The position numbers and the translations under genes are program-made. The notes under the pieces are model-generated. The model was not told the origin of the DNA. It worked only from the letters and a program-made list of their open reading frames with translations, and made no database searches. Below, one piece after another: positions 15,961 to 26,695 of a DNA stretch of 64,000 bases (within the stretch, counting starts at the first letter, position 1; the number at the start of each line of letters is the position of its first letter). Source of the stretch: a virus (Duplodnaviria > Caudoviricetes); the IMG/VR virus record IMGVR_UViG_3300030333_001364, positions 1 to 64,000 of that record, one strand, 5' to 3'.

Positions 15961-15983
15961 GGTTCCATGCGAACCCTTTTTTT
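15959..15983 (+). terminator. Intrinsic terminator
   Basis: AGGGTTC-CATGC-GAACCCT stem-loop followed by a T-run. Confidence 0.8.
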
Positions 15984-15989
15984 GTGACA

Positions 15990-16004
15990 CTAAATAGATA
16001 AATA
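15990..16004 (+). promoter_or_regulatory. T4-type late promoter(s)
   Basis: CTAAATA and GATAAATA upstream of gp25. Confidence 0.7.
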
Positions 16005-16032
16005 TACCGAGAACTCCTTCCACGACGGAATA

Positions 16033-16437
16033 GTGCCACTACAGAGAACATCAGAACCGTTCAGAGATATATCTTTGACCTTCAAACGTCATCCTGTGAC
16101 GAATGATATTATAATGCTAAAAAATGAAGATGCAATCAAACGTGCAGTGCAGAACCTTGTACGCACCCAGATTGGTGAGAGATTTTTCAATACAAATCTA
16201 GGCACTAGAATTACTTCTTCTCTGTTTGAATTAGCAAATGATGATTATATTGAACCAATTCAAACTGAAATAGAAATGGTCATAACACAGTATGAACCAA
16301 GAGTAATTTTACAACAAGTCGTAGTAGAAAGCAGACCAGAACAAAATGCTTTGGATGTTTCTATACAATACAAGATTGTGGGACTCAATGCACCCTCACA
16401 GAATGTCCAATTTATTTTAGAACCAACTAGGTTATAA
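16033..16437 (+). CDS. gp25: Baseplate wedge subunit gp25
   Basis: FRDISLTF..HPVT, GERFF and YEPRV motifs; synteny with gp6. Confidence 0.9.
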   Translation: MPLQRTSEPFRDISLTFKRHPVTNDIIMLKNEDAIKRAVQNLVRTQIGERFFNTNLGTRITSSLFELANDDYIEPIQTEIEMVITQYEPRVILQQVVVESRPEQNALDVSIQYKIVGLNAPSQNVQFILEPTRL

Positions 16438-18491
16438 TGGCACTACAGCAATTTACAAACTTAAACTTTGAGGATATAAAGTCATCCATAAAGGATTACC
16501 TTAGAGCAAATACTCAATTCAAAGATATGGATTTTGAAGGGTCTAACCTTTCTATCCTAATTGACATACTAGCGTATAACTCATATACCACAGCATACAA
16601 TACAAATATGGCGATCAATGAGACATTCATTGATAGTGCCACTCTGAGAGAGAATGTAGTATCATTAGCAAGAAATATAGGTTATGTTCCAAGATCCAGA
16701 AGAGCAGCGAGAGCAACTGTCAATTTCAGTGCATCGGGTATAACATCTACAACAAAACAGATAACATTTCAACCAGGTGTAATTGCAAACGGTTCAGTAT
16801 CAAATATAAACTATGTCTTCTCTCTACCTGAGGCTGTGTCATTCAATGCCTTCAATGGATCATCTAGAGGTGTGTTGGTAATATATCAAGGTCAATATGT
16901 CACTAACTCATATGTCGTAGACAATAACAATCCTAGTGAGAGATATGTTTTACCTAATGATGGTATAGACACTTCTACAATTAGTGTAAAGATAAGGAAT
17001 AGTTCTACTGATAACACAACAACAAGTTATGAGTTAGCAGATAACATTATAGGAATTACATCAACATCTAATATCTACTTGTTACAAGAGACAACAGATG
17101 AGAAATACGAACTCTTATTTGGTGATGATGTATTCGGTAAAAAGTTAGAGTCAGGAAATATAATTGATATTAGTTACATAAAGACTAATGGTAAAGCAGG
17201 AAATGGTATAGAAAACTTCAATTTTGCTGGTCTTATAAAGGATGAAGATGGTGCTGATGAAACAGACTTTAGAATGTTCCTTTCTGCTAATGAAAAATCC
17301 GCTAATGGTGATGAGATAGAACCAGTAGAGTCTGTCAAATACTATGCTCCACGTTTATATGCAGCACAGCATAGAGCAGTGACTGCTAATGACTATGAAG
17401 CAATAATCCCATCAATATATCCAAATATAGAATCTGTGAGTGCCTATGGTGGAGAGGATCTCAATCCACCACAATTTGGTAGGGTATTCATAGCAGCAAA
17501 ACCAAAGAATGGTTCGTTCTTGTCAGAACTAACAAAGAAGCAATTACTCAATTCACTGAAGAATTATTCCATAGCAGGAATAGTTCCATCATTTGTGGAT
17601 CTAAAATTCTTGTATGTGGAGATTGATTCGTATATTTACTACAACTCAAACTTTGTAGGTGATCCTGACAATCTAAAGACAGATGTAATAACTTCACTAT
17701 CACAGTATGCATCAGGCACTGAACTCAATAAGTTTGGTGGTAGATTTGCTTATAGTAAAGTATTGTCAGTTATAGACAATGTAGATACTTCTATTACGTC
17801 TAACATAACTTTAGTAAAAATGCGAAGGAATATCAATACTAAGATAAACCAATTCGCACAATATGAATTATGTTTCTTGAATCAGATATATGCACCAAAT
17901 GAGAAATACAATATTCACTCAACTGGATTCAATGTATCTGATGTGGTGGGTACTTGTTACTTTAGTGATATAAAGGTCAATGAGGACTCAGGAACACTAT
18001 TCATGTTCCAGATTCTAAATGATGAGAGTATCAAAGTTATATCAAATAACTTTGGACGTATTGATTACAAGGAGGGTGAGATAGTATTAGACACAGTAAA
18101 CATCACATCAACAATAGAGAATGATGATGTAATTGAGGTAGAAGCAGTACCTCAGTCTAACGATGTTCTTGCCAAAAACGAATTGTACTTGCAGTTTGAC
18201 ATATCAAAGAGTGATTTCTACACAAGAATAGATAGCATCTCTACTGGTGCTAATACATCAGGTTCTAGATATCTTCCAGAGTCAAGTTACTTTGCAGATA
18301 AGAAGGTTAGAGGAGCAATTATCACAAGCACCACTACAGAAACAACTTTAGTGGGATATGTGAATGGTCAACCATATTATGGAGAATTCCATGTTATGGC
18401 AGGAGGAAACAAGATGACAGGTGCAACACATACAGTTGCAAGTCAGCAGATTACAGATACACCACAGACAATTAGCAATAGCGGATACTAA
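16437..18491 (+). CDS. gp6: Baseplate wedge subunit gp6
   Basis: DFEGSNLSILIDILAYN, LARNIGY and RAVTANDY motifs. Confidence 0.92.
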   Translation: MALQQFTNLNFEDIKSSIKDYLRANTQFKDMDFEGSNLSILIDILAYNSYTTAYNTNMAINETFIDSATLRENVVSLARNIGYVPRSRRAARATVNFSASGITSTTKQITFQPGVIANGSVSNINYVFSLPEAVSFNAFNGSSRGVLVIYQGQYVTNSYVVDNNNPSERYVLPNDGIDTSTISVKIRNSSTDNTTTSYELADNIIGITSTSNIYLLQETTDEKYELLFGDDVFGKKLESGNIIDISYIKTNGKAGNGIENFNFAGLIKDEDGADETDFRMFLSANEKSANGDEIEPVESVKYYAPRLYAAQHRAVTANDYEAIIPSIYPNIESVSAYGGEDLNPPQFGRVFIAAKPKNGSFLSELTKKQLLNSLKNYSIAGIVPSFVDLKFLYVEIDSYIYYNSNFVGDPDNLKTDVITSLSQYASGTELNKFGGRFAYSKVLSVIDNVDTSITSNITLVKMRRNINTKINQFAQYELCFLNQIYAPNEKYNIHSTGFNVSDVVGTCYFSDIKVNEDSGTLFMFQILNDESIKVISNNFGRIDYKEGEIVLDTVNITSTIENDDVIEVEAVPQSNDVLAKNELYLQFDISKSDFYTRIDSISTGANTSGSRYLPESSYFADKKVRGAIITSTTTETTLVGYVNGQPYYGEFHVMAGGNKMTGATHTVASQQITDTPQTISNSGY

Positions 18492-21400
18492 TGATAGAAA
18501 CCTCGTTATCTAGAGTCAAAATCAATGAAGTAGTTCAGAGTCAAATACCTGAATTCATTGATGCCGATAATCCTAACTTCGGTGATTTCTTAAAACAATA
18601 TTATCTCTCTCAGGAATTCCAAGGGGGACCTGTTGATATTGCTGAGAACCTTGTTGACTACAAGGGTTTAGACTTTCTAAACAATAGGAACCTAATCGGA
18701 TTCACTTCACTATCTCAATACCTCAAGGGTAGAGAAGATACGATATATGTTGACTCTACAAACGGGTGGCCAACCTCTTACGGTTTGTTGAAAATTGATA
18801 ATGAGATCATTACTTACACAGGTATAGGAAAGACAACATTTACAGGTTGTATAAGAGGTTTCAGTGGTATAGAGAATAATAAAAAAACGAATCAACCAGA
18901 ATATCTAACATTTACAAAGACAGGTATAGGAACACATGCTAATAATTCACGTGTAGAGAATCTTAGTAATGTATTTCTACAAAATTTCTATAAGAAACTA
19001 AAAACACAGGTGCTACCTGGTTTTACTGAGAGAAGTTTACATGGAAAGGTTTCTAAGGGTAATTTTATAAGACAAGCGATAGACTTCTATCGTTCAAAGG
19101 GAACAGAAGAAGCATATCAGATATTATTTGGTGCACTGTATGGTGAAAAGGTTGAGATGATTCAACCAGCAAAGTTTTTGATCAAACCATCAGATGCAGA
19201 TTATATTAGGACAGAAACTATAATTGCAAAACAGGTTCAGGGTGATGCTCAAAAGTTATCTGGACAAACATTGTTTCAGAACACTAACCCACAGACCAGT
19301 GGGTCGATATACAACGTAGGTAGTAGTATAATTAATGGTGAAACATATTACAGTTTCGCTATTTCTGAAGGAACAACCTTTGGAAAATTTGTTCAAAAGA
19401 ATAAAACCTATGTTACATCAAGTACTCCAGTTGGATCTACTGTTATTAATGTTGATAGCACTGTGGGCTTCGACACCTCAGGTAAATTCAATATTGGGAA
19501 CGTTTCTTACTCGTATACAGGAAAGAACTACACGCAGTTCACGGGCATAACAAGCACAACAACTCTTATAGGGTTAGGTACTACAATCACACAAGGACCT
19601 GACGCTTATGTGTATGATGATAATACTTTAGTCACAGTTGAGATAGTAGGATCTCTTACTAAATTCAACGGTTCTGCTCTAAACCAAGTAGAAGATAGTT
19701 CTATAAATGTAAAGACTGTTGGAAAGGAACAGGATAGTCTAAGATGGTCTAGTTGGATTCATAATGTATCTCCCAAATATAATGTTGTAACCTTTAGAAC
19801 TCTGTCATCATCAAGTTATGAGTTGACTCTGAATGCAGAGCACTCATTGTACTTTGGTGACGAGATAGAAATAGTAGATGCAGATGGTGTAATACTGAAT
19901 GGATCAGTTGTAGCACTACTATCTGACACAAGAGTATCTGTAACATGTGGAACACTATCAGAACTGAAAGAATATTATGTACGACGAAAAATCAAGACTA
20001 ATCTCGGTGCCTCTGCTGACATACAGAACAGTTACTCTGATTCTTCAGAGAATGTGTTTGTTGCGTCCAACTCCATCCCTCACTGGACAATCAATCCACA
20101 GAAAAGAATAAGATTATTTGATACTGTCAATGAGTCATTAGGTACAACAATCAATATTGCAGATCACAATTACTATGATGGTGATCTTGTTACTTACACA
20201 GTAGCGGTAGGAAATAAACTTACTAACTTCAATGTGGGTGAGTCATATTATGTAAAGAGACTTACTCCAAATAGCATTGCTCTTGCATATACTGCTGAGA
20301 ACATTAGAAGTGGAAAATATATAACTGCGTTTACATCTACAGACTTAGCATCTCTTTCAGTTCATAATCTTACACCAAGTCTCTTTTATGGTACTGAGAT
20401 AGGACCTCAAAAACTATTACGTAAATTCCCTAAACCAGTATATGCTGACGACCATGAGAAGACTAAACAGGGTGGAGTAGGTTTATTTGCTAATGGTGTT
20501 GAGATATATTCATACAAAGCAACAGACACTGTAAACTTTGGAACATTAGAAAGTGTTGATGTTCTTAACACTGGTGATGATTATGATGTTATAAACCCTC
20601 CTAGTCTATCTGTGACACAGGTAGGACATTCTGGGGTCGGAGCATCTGTTATAGCACAGATGAAAGGAGAACTTACCGATGTTCTTGTAGAAACACCAGG
20701 TTTAGATTACTTGGAGACACCAACAGTATCAATCGTAGGTGGAAACAATAAAGATGCAGTTGTAAAAGCAGTTATGAAGATTGCTCCAATCACATTGGAG
20801 TTTGACAGCACCTCACAAGGAGGTATCGTAAATACTGCGACTGATAGATTTGTATTCTCAGACCCTCATGGATTAGTAGATGCAGAAGAGATTATATACA
20901 CCACCAATAGTAGTACACCCATAGGGATAGGCACTACACCTGGCACATTAGTTGATACATCTCCATACTTTGTAGTAAAAATCAACGACCATGAGTTCTT
21001 CCTATCAGAGTCTAAGAATGAAGCATTGTTAGGTATAGGAACTATTCCTATATCACAGAATGGTGGTGGATTACATCAGTTCAAAACAACTCGTAGAAGA
21101 CTTACTGTAGATAAGATTGGTATAGAAAATTCTGGATTATTCTACAATAGAAGACTAGAGACTGTATCTGGTATAAACACTTATATTGATCATATCAATA
21201 TTGATAGACATGGTTTTGAGTCAGGAGAGAAGATAAAGTACTCTTCATCTATAGGAGCTGCTGCTGGTCTAACAAATAACTCAGAATATTATGTTATAAA
21301 GATTGATGCAAACTCCTTTAGATTATCATCATCAGAAGATCTTTCAGACCATGTTGATATAACATCTACAGGTAGTGGTGTACATACATTCCAAGATCCT

Positions 21401-24400
21401 CCCATCAACATTGTTATCAATGGTAGACAGGGAATCAGTACATTCAATGCTACAGCACAACCATTGATACGTGGTAAGATTATAGGAGCACATGTCAATA
21501 ATAAAGGAACTGACTTTGGATCTAAGGTTATAAACGATGACTTCAAACCAGATGTTACAGCAGTCATAGGTGACAAAGCATTCTTACAACCATTCATTAT
21601 CAATGGTAGAGTAGATCAAATAATAATCAAATCAGGTGGTGAGAACTTTGTCAGTATCCCTGATATAGTGATCACTGGTGATGGTGTAGGTGCAAAGGCA
21701 AAGGCAGTTGTATCTGGTGGTAAGATAGTTGCAATCAATATGATTGAGAAGGGTGCAAACTATACACAGTCAGCAACAACTGTAAAAGCAGAAACACCTG
21801 GTGATGGTGCTATATTCTCATCTAATGTAAAAGAGTGGACAGTCAATCAGGTAGAGAGATATGCAAAGATAAATGACGTCATGCCTGATGATGGATTCTA
21901 TGAGGTTCAACGTGATTCTGAATTAGGTAACCCATATGTAAACTATTATGTTCCTCGTAATCTAAGAACATACCTAGGTGACAATGGAAGTGAACACTCT
22001 CCTATCTTGGGTTGGGCATATGACGGTAATCCAATCTACGGTCCTTACGTTTACAAGGAAGCAGATGGTGGTGGTGGATTAGATTATATCAAGTCATCTT
22101 ACGATAAGTTGACTGGTGAAAGAACTAACGGACCTTCTATCACAGAATATCCTTCTGGATTCTTTGTAGAAGATTTCACATACACACCTGGTAAAGGTGA
22201 TCTAGATGAGCACAATGGTAGATTTGGTGTAACACCAGACTATCCAAATGGAGTATATGCATACTACACAACTGTACAACCATCTCAAGTTGCTAATGCT
22301 GGTAACCCATTCAACCGTGCTAGAGTTCCAGTATTCCCATATGTAGTGGGTGACTCATACAAATCTAAAGTAGAACCACTAAATCTAGGGTATAACTTTG
22401 ATCAAGATGTGGATCCTGTATCATACGGTTTAATTAGAAACGTCAAACCTTATAATATCAATGATTATGAATTTATCTCGAATTCTCAGAAGAACACAAA
22501 ACTCGCTTCCAAAATCATACGTGCAAGCAGTGGTAGTGTTAGTGGAATTGACCTTATCGATGGCGGTAGCGAGTATCGTGTTGGTGACGCTCTACTATTT
22601 GATAATGAAAGAACCGATGGATTTGGTGCAATTGGATCTGTTCGCAAGATTTACGGACCACAACTCAATAACATCACGACAACAGTACAACGGTTACCAG
22701 ACACAACTTTTATATACTCTCCTGGACAGATTACAGGTATAACAACTGTACCTCATGGATTCCTAACTGGAACAGATGTAAACATAAGAAATGTATCTGG
22801 AACAGAGCATGATGTAATACAGGGTATGCATAGAATTACAGTTCCTAGAGTAATCTCAGGAATTGCAAGTGCTATAGAAGACTTAGGTGGTGGTGGCAAC
22901 TCAGGTCTTACCACCAGCATCAGACTTGTTGATGATGTAAACAAATTCAAAGTAAATGACATCATCAGAATTGATCATGAAGAGTTGAAGATATTTGGTA
23001 TTGATACATTACAGAATGAGATAGATTGTCTAAGAATACAAAATGGAACTCCTGGCACAGGACACACTGTATTCAGTAAAGTTGAAAAATTAGTAAATGA
23101 ATTTACATTCCCACTATCAGGTTGCCCAGAAACACCTGTAGATTACACAGTTTACTTTGATGCTGCAAATGTAGTTGGTGCTGGTTTGTCAGCAGGAACT
23201 GGTATAGGTCATACTATCAATTCAAAAGACTTTGGTACACGTAAGATACCAACACAGACAATCTTCTTACCAAGACATAGTATTCAGCATGGTGAGAAAC
23301 TTTCATATTCACCTGGTGCTGGTACAACTCTTTCATATCAGGCACCTGGCGTTGGTACTGCATCTGGTTGGTCTGCACCTTTACCATCAGAAGTATATGG
23401 TTATGTTATAGATCAGAATCTAGTAGGTATCGTAACAACTGTTGCTGGAATTAGATCTTCCTCAGAAAGAGTCTTCTTCTACCCAGACCAGACTGGTATT
23501 GGTAACACACACTTCTTCCAGACTGTCAGAGGACAAATCACAGGTGACATAGACATTGTCAAGGTTACTGCTACAACTAATGAAGAACATACCCTGAGAC
23601 CCCTTGATATCATTGACTTGTCAGTGGTCTCTACTGGTACAAGTTCTCTTACTATGTCTTATGATTCTGCTACTAGATTTGTAAGTATAGGTTCATCTGT
23701 CAACCCACTCATAAAGGTTAGAGAAGGTGACTTGTTAGAATTTGATGTTTCTAATGGTTCATTACAGAATACTAAATTAGAGTTTTACGAAGACCCAGAG
23801 TTCAAGAAGCAATTTGTAGGATCTGGTGTCTCTGCTATGGAGATCACATATACAGCAGCACATGGTGAAGCTGGTGGTAAAGCATCTATAAGATTCACAC
23901 CACAAGCACCTAAGGTTGTATATTACAAACTGGCATCTCAGGATATATCAAAAGTTATTGAGACTAATAAAGATATTGATGATTATACTAAGATAATTGT
24001 TATACCAAGTGAGTTCACTGGTAAGGGTACAATCACTTCAGTAACCAGCACCTCCTTTGACTACTTTATAGATCAAGAGGCAGAAAGAGTAGGTTATACT
24101 ACCAACACTGCTGTGATGTCATATACAACTGAATCACAGAACGATCACGGTCCTATAGCACAGGTTCAACTTGTGTCTGGTGGTGTAGGGTTCAAAGATA
24201 TACCTCAAGTCTCAGTGGCGAGTACAACTGGTAGGTCAGCACTCATAGAAGCAAGAGGAGATGATATTGGTAGACTTGATGAAGTTCAACTTATAGACAT
24301 TGGTTTTGATTATCCTTCTGATAAGACACTAAAACCACAGGCAGCGATGCCACAGGTTGTATTCCTAAAAGATAACTTCTCAGTTGACACTGTAGCAATT

Positions 24401-26695
24401 ACATCTACAGGTGGTAAGTATCTGACTGCACCTGACCTTGTTTTATTCAATACTAAGACAAAACAAGAAAATAGTCTTACTCAATTCAGAGCAGAGTTGA
24501 GTGGATCATCAGTATCTGATGTACAGGTAATCAGTGGTGGTGGTAACTTGAGAAGTGGTGATAACAGTCTATTCTCTGTCAATAATACTAACGGTGTTGG
24601 TATTGTTACCGTCACATATAGTGCTCCTACAGTCACTGTGACACTACAGACACCTACCACTGGATACGATGCAAGTAATCCTATACCATTTGCAGTTGGT
24701 GATAGAGTTTTTGTTGAGAACGTAGGTGTGACAACAGGTCATGGATATAATTCATCAACTTATGGATATGAGTTCTTTACATTGAAGTCAGTCAATCAAG
24801 CGACTGGATTAGTCAACCAAGCAACTATACAATATGATGTAGATGTAGATCCTGGTAATTATGATCTTGGTACATATGGTTCAGTATCTAATGAGAAGGA
24901 TGTTGCTAAGTTTGATGTTGGTCTAAAAGAAGGTGAGTTCTTCAAAGGTGAAACTGTTACTACATCTAGAGGAAAGGTAGCAAAGGTTATTACTGGAGAA
25001 GGTAAATCAAGAAACGTTCTACGTGTTGACAATATAGTTGGATTCAGCACAGGTGACAGTCTAATAGGTCAGTTATCAAATGCTGGTGGTACTATAGACA
25101 AACTAGCAGATTATGAAGGATCATTCGATGTAGGTGTATTCCACAGTAAACCATTTGGATGGGAGAAAGATACTGGTAAATTATCTAACAGAGATCAAAG
25201 AATACAAGACAATGATTATTATCAGCAGTTTGCATATTCACTAAGATCACAAGTTGGTATCTCATCATGGGGTGAACCAGTTGATTCACTTGCACACCCT
25301 GCTGGATTCAAGAAACACTCTGATCTTCTTATATCATCTGTACCTGTAGGTCTTGGTAGCACTGCTAATGGTATCGTTGCTATAGGAACTGCTTCTGCAT
25401 CTGTTGTCCTTATAGACGGTGAGGGTGCACTCAAGAATTATCATGATTACGATCTTGTATATGAGAACCCTGCTCCTGACTTATCTGTAAGTAATGAGGT
25501 GGTGTTCAAGTCTACTAGATTTGACCAATCACTTGTATGTCTGACTAACCGTGTACTAGAGATAGATGATATTTCACCACAGTTCTACTCAGATCCTAAC
25601 CTATTGAGGGTTGTTGAAATTGATGCTTTTGATATTGCTAATCCCTCAGGTCCTCAGGCAATCAAATATCATGCACAAGTTGTTCTTGATGCTGCATTAC
25701 AGTTAGCATACAACACAACACAGTATTGTGAATTTACTGTATTCCATAATGGATCTGATGCTTATCTAAACCAATACTCAGACTTGTCTGACTCGTTTGA
25801 TCTTGGTGAGTTCATACTCCAGCAGAATGGTAATATCATATCTGTATCATTCAGTCCTTATAATACCACCTTGACTTATGATGTTACTTTCTATAAGGAG
25901 ATCATAGGTAAGCAGGTAAGTACAGGTACTACCTCATACTCTAACATTGTCAAGTCTGGTGTAAGTTCTGTATTTGCAGCAAGTGGAAGTCCATCAACTG
26001 TGACATTACAGGACATTGATGGATCAGAATTCAAATCTGGTAATATTATAGTTGTTCACACTGGTGCTGATGATAAGGAGATTGAAGAATACAACTTCTT
26101 AGCAAATGGTGCTGGTATGATATACACTGACTTTGGTAACATGGACAGTGGTGACAAGATAGGTAATTTTGATATTATACAGAATGCTGGTGTAATCAAA
26201 CTTAGATATACACCTAACGCTAACACAGCAGTCACAGTGCAGACATTGACCACTATGGTTGGTGTAGCAACAACTGCTACAGGTGCTAGTGTTGACAATA
26301 TTGATATTGGAGATGCTCAGTTACATGCAACTAGAACAGAGATATCTGCTTCTGGTTCTCCTACAGAGACAACTCTATCAACAAAATCATTCAGTAACTT
26401 TACATCATTCAAGTATTTTGTAGAAATACATAATACTACTGACAATAAGTATTCTTGCTTCAACGTGGCAGCGAATGCTTTCGATAGTCGTATCAACTTC
26501 AACGTTTACAATAATCTGTCTACAGCAGATAATCCTAAACGTGATATACGTGCTATGAACATGGTTGCTAGTGGCACCAACGCACTCTTACGATTTACTC
26601 CAGCAGCAAGCAAAGCATATGTTGTACGAGTTTCTGAAATAAGAATAGACAAACCAGATAACGTCGCAGACGATAACACGATAACACTCAGCTAA
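18491..26695 (+). CDS. gp7: Baseplate wedge initiator gp7-like giant protein with a YHYH-like domain
   Basis: FYRSKGT, QDNDYYQQFAY, HPAGFK; HSPILGWAYDGNPIYGP and DLDEHNGRF; position after gp6. Confidence 0.8.
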   Translation: MIETSLSRVKINEVVQSQIPEFIDADNPNFGDFLKQYYLSQEFQGGPVDIAENLVDYKGLDFLNNRNLIGFTSLSQYLKGREDTIYVDSTNGWPTSYGLLKIDNEIITYTGIGKTTFTGCIRGFSGIENNKKTNQPEYLTFTKTGIGTHANNSRVENLSNVFLQNFYKKLKTQVLPGFTERSLHGKVSKGNFIRQAIDFYRSKGTEEAYQILFGALYGEKVEMIQPAKFLIKPSDADYIRTETIIAKQVQGDAQKLSGQTLFQNTNPQTSGSIYNVGSSIINGETYYSFAISEGTTFGKFVQKNKTYVTSSTPVGSTVINVDSTVGFDTSGKFNIGNVSYSYTGKNYTQFTGITSTTTLIGLGTTITQGPDAYVYDDNTLVTVEIVGSLTKFNGSALNQVEDSSINVKTVGKEQDSLRWSSWIHNVSPKYNVVTFRTLSSSSYELTLNAEHSLYFGDEIEIVDADGVILNGSVVALLSDTRVSVTCGTLSELKEYYVRRKIKTNLGASADIQNSYSDSSENVFVASNSIPHWTINPQKRIRLFDTVNESLGTTINIADHNYYDGDLVTYTVAVGNKLTNFNVGESYYVKRLTPNSIALAYTAENIRSGKYITAFTSTDLASLSVHNLTPSLFYGTEIGPQKLLRKFPKPVYADDHEKTKQGGVGLFANGVEIYSYKATDTVNFGTLESVDVLNTGDDYDVINPPSLSVTQVGHSGVGASVIAQMKGELTDVLVETPGLDYLETPTVSIVGGNNKDAVVKAVMKIAPITLEFDSTSQGGIVNTATDRFVFSDPHGLVDAEEIIYTTNSSTPIGIGTTPGTLVDTSPYFVVKINDHEFFLSESKNEALLGIGTIPISQNGGGLHQFKTTRRRLTVDKIGIENSGLFYNRRLETVSGINTYIDHINIDRHGFESGEKIKYSSSIGAAAGLTNNSEYYVIKIDANSFRLSSSEDLSDHVDITSTGSGVHTFQDPPINIVINGRQGISTFNATAQPLIRGKIIGAHVNNKGTDFGSKVINDDFKPDVTAVIGDKAFLQPFIINGRVDQIIIKSGGENFVSIPDIVITGDGVGAKAKAVVSGGKIVAINMIEKGANYTQSATTVKAETPGDGAIFSSNVKEWTVNQVERYAKINDVMPDDGFYEVQRDSELGNPYVNYYVPRNLRTYLGDNGSEHSPILGWAYDGNPIYGPYVYKEADGGGGLDYIKSSYDKLTGERTNGPSITEYPSGFFVEDFTYTPGKGDLDEHNGRFGVTPDYPNGVYAYYTTVQPSQVANAGNPFNRARVPVFPYVVGDSYKSKVEPLNLGYNFDQDVDPVSYGLIRNVKPYNINDYEFISNSQKNTKLASKIIRASSGSVSGIDLIDGGSEYRVGDALLFDNERTDGFGAIGSVRKIYGPQLNNITTTVQRLPDTTFIYSPGQITGITTVPHGFLTGTDVNIRNVSGTEHDVIQGMHRITVPRVISGIASAIEDLGGGGNSGLTTSIRLVDDVNKFKVNDIIRIDHEELKIFGIDTLQNEIDCLRIQNGTPGTGHTVFSKVEKLVNEFTFPLSGCPETPVDYTVYFDAANVVGAGLSAGTGIGHTINSKDFGTRKIPTQTIFLPRHSIQHGEKLSYSPGAGTTLSYQAPGVGTASGWSAPLPSEVYGYVIDQNLVGIVTTVAGIRSSSERVFFYPDQTGIGNTHFFQTVRGQITGDIDIVKVTATTNEEHTLRPLDIIDLSVVSTGTSSLTMSYDSATRFVSIGSSVNPLIKVREGDLLEFDVSNGSLQNTKLEFYEDPEFKKQFVGSGVSAMEITYTAAHGEAGGKASIRFTPQAPKVVYYKLASQDISKVIETNKDIDDYTKIIVIPSEFTGKGTITSVTSTSFDYFIDQEAERVGYTTNTAVMSYTTESQNDHGPIAQVQLVSGGVGFKDIPQVSVASTTGRSALIEARGDDIGRLDEVQLIDIGFDYPSDKTLKPQAAMPQVVFLKDNFSVDTVAITSTGGKYLTAPDLVLFNTKTKQENSLTQFRAELSGSSVSDVQVISGGGNLRSGDNSLFSVNNTNGVGIVTVTYSAPTVTVTLQTPTTGYDASNPIPFAVGDRVFVENVGVTTGHGYNSSTYGYEFFTLKSVNQATGLVNQATIQYDVDVDPGNYDLGTYGSVSNEKDVAKFDVGLKEGEFFKGETVTTSRGKVAKVITGEGKSRNVLRVDNIVGFSTGDSLIGQLSNAGGTIDKLADYEGSFDVGVFHSKPFGWEKDTGKLSNRDQRIQDNDYYQQFAYSLRSQVGISSWGEPVDSLAHPAGFKKHSDLLISSVPVGLGSTANGIVAIGTASASVVLIDGEGALKNYHDYDLVYENPAPDLSVSNEVVFKSTRFDQSLVCLTNRVLEIDDISPQFYSDPNLLRVVEIDAFDIANPSGPQAIKYHAQVVLDAALQLAYNTTQYCEFTVFHNGSDAYLNQYSDLSDSFDLGEFILQQNGNIISVSFSPYNTTLTYDVTFYKEIIGKQVSTGTTSYSNIVKSGVSSVFAASGSPSTVTLQDIDGSEFKSGNIIVVHTGADDKEIEEYNFLANGAGMIYTDFGNMDSGDKIGNFDIIQNAGVIKLRYTPNANTAVTVQTLTTMVGVATTATGASVDNIDIGDAQLHATRTEISASGSPTETTLSTKSFSNFTSFKYFVEIHNTTDNKYSCFNVAANAFDSRINFNVYNNLSTADNPKRDIRAMNMVASGTNALLRFTPAASKAYVVRVSEIRIDKPDNVADDNTITLS

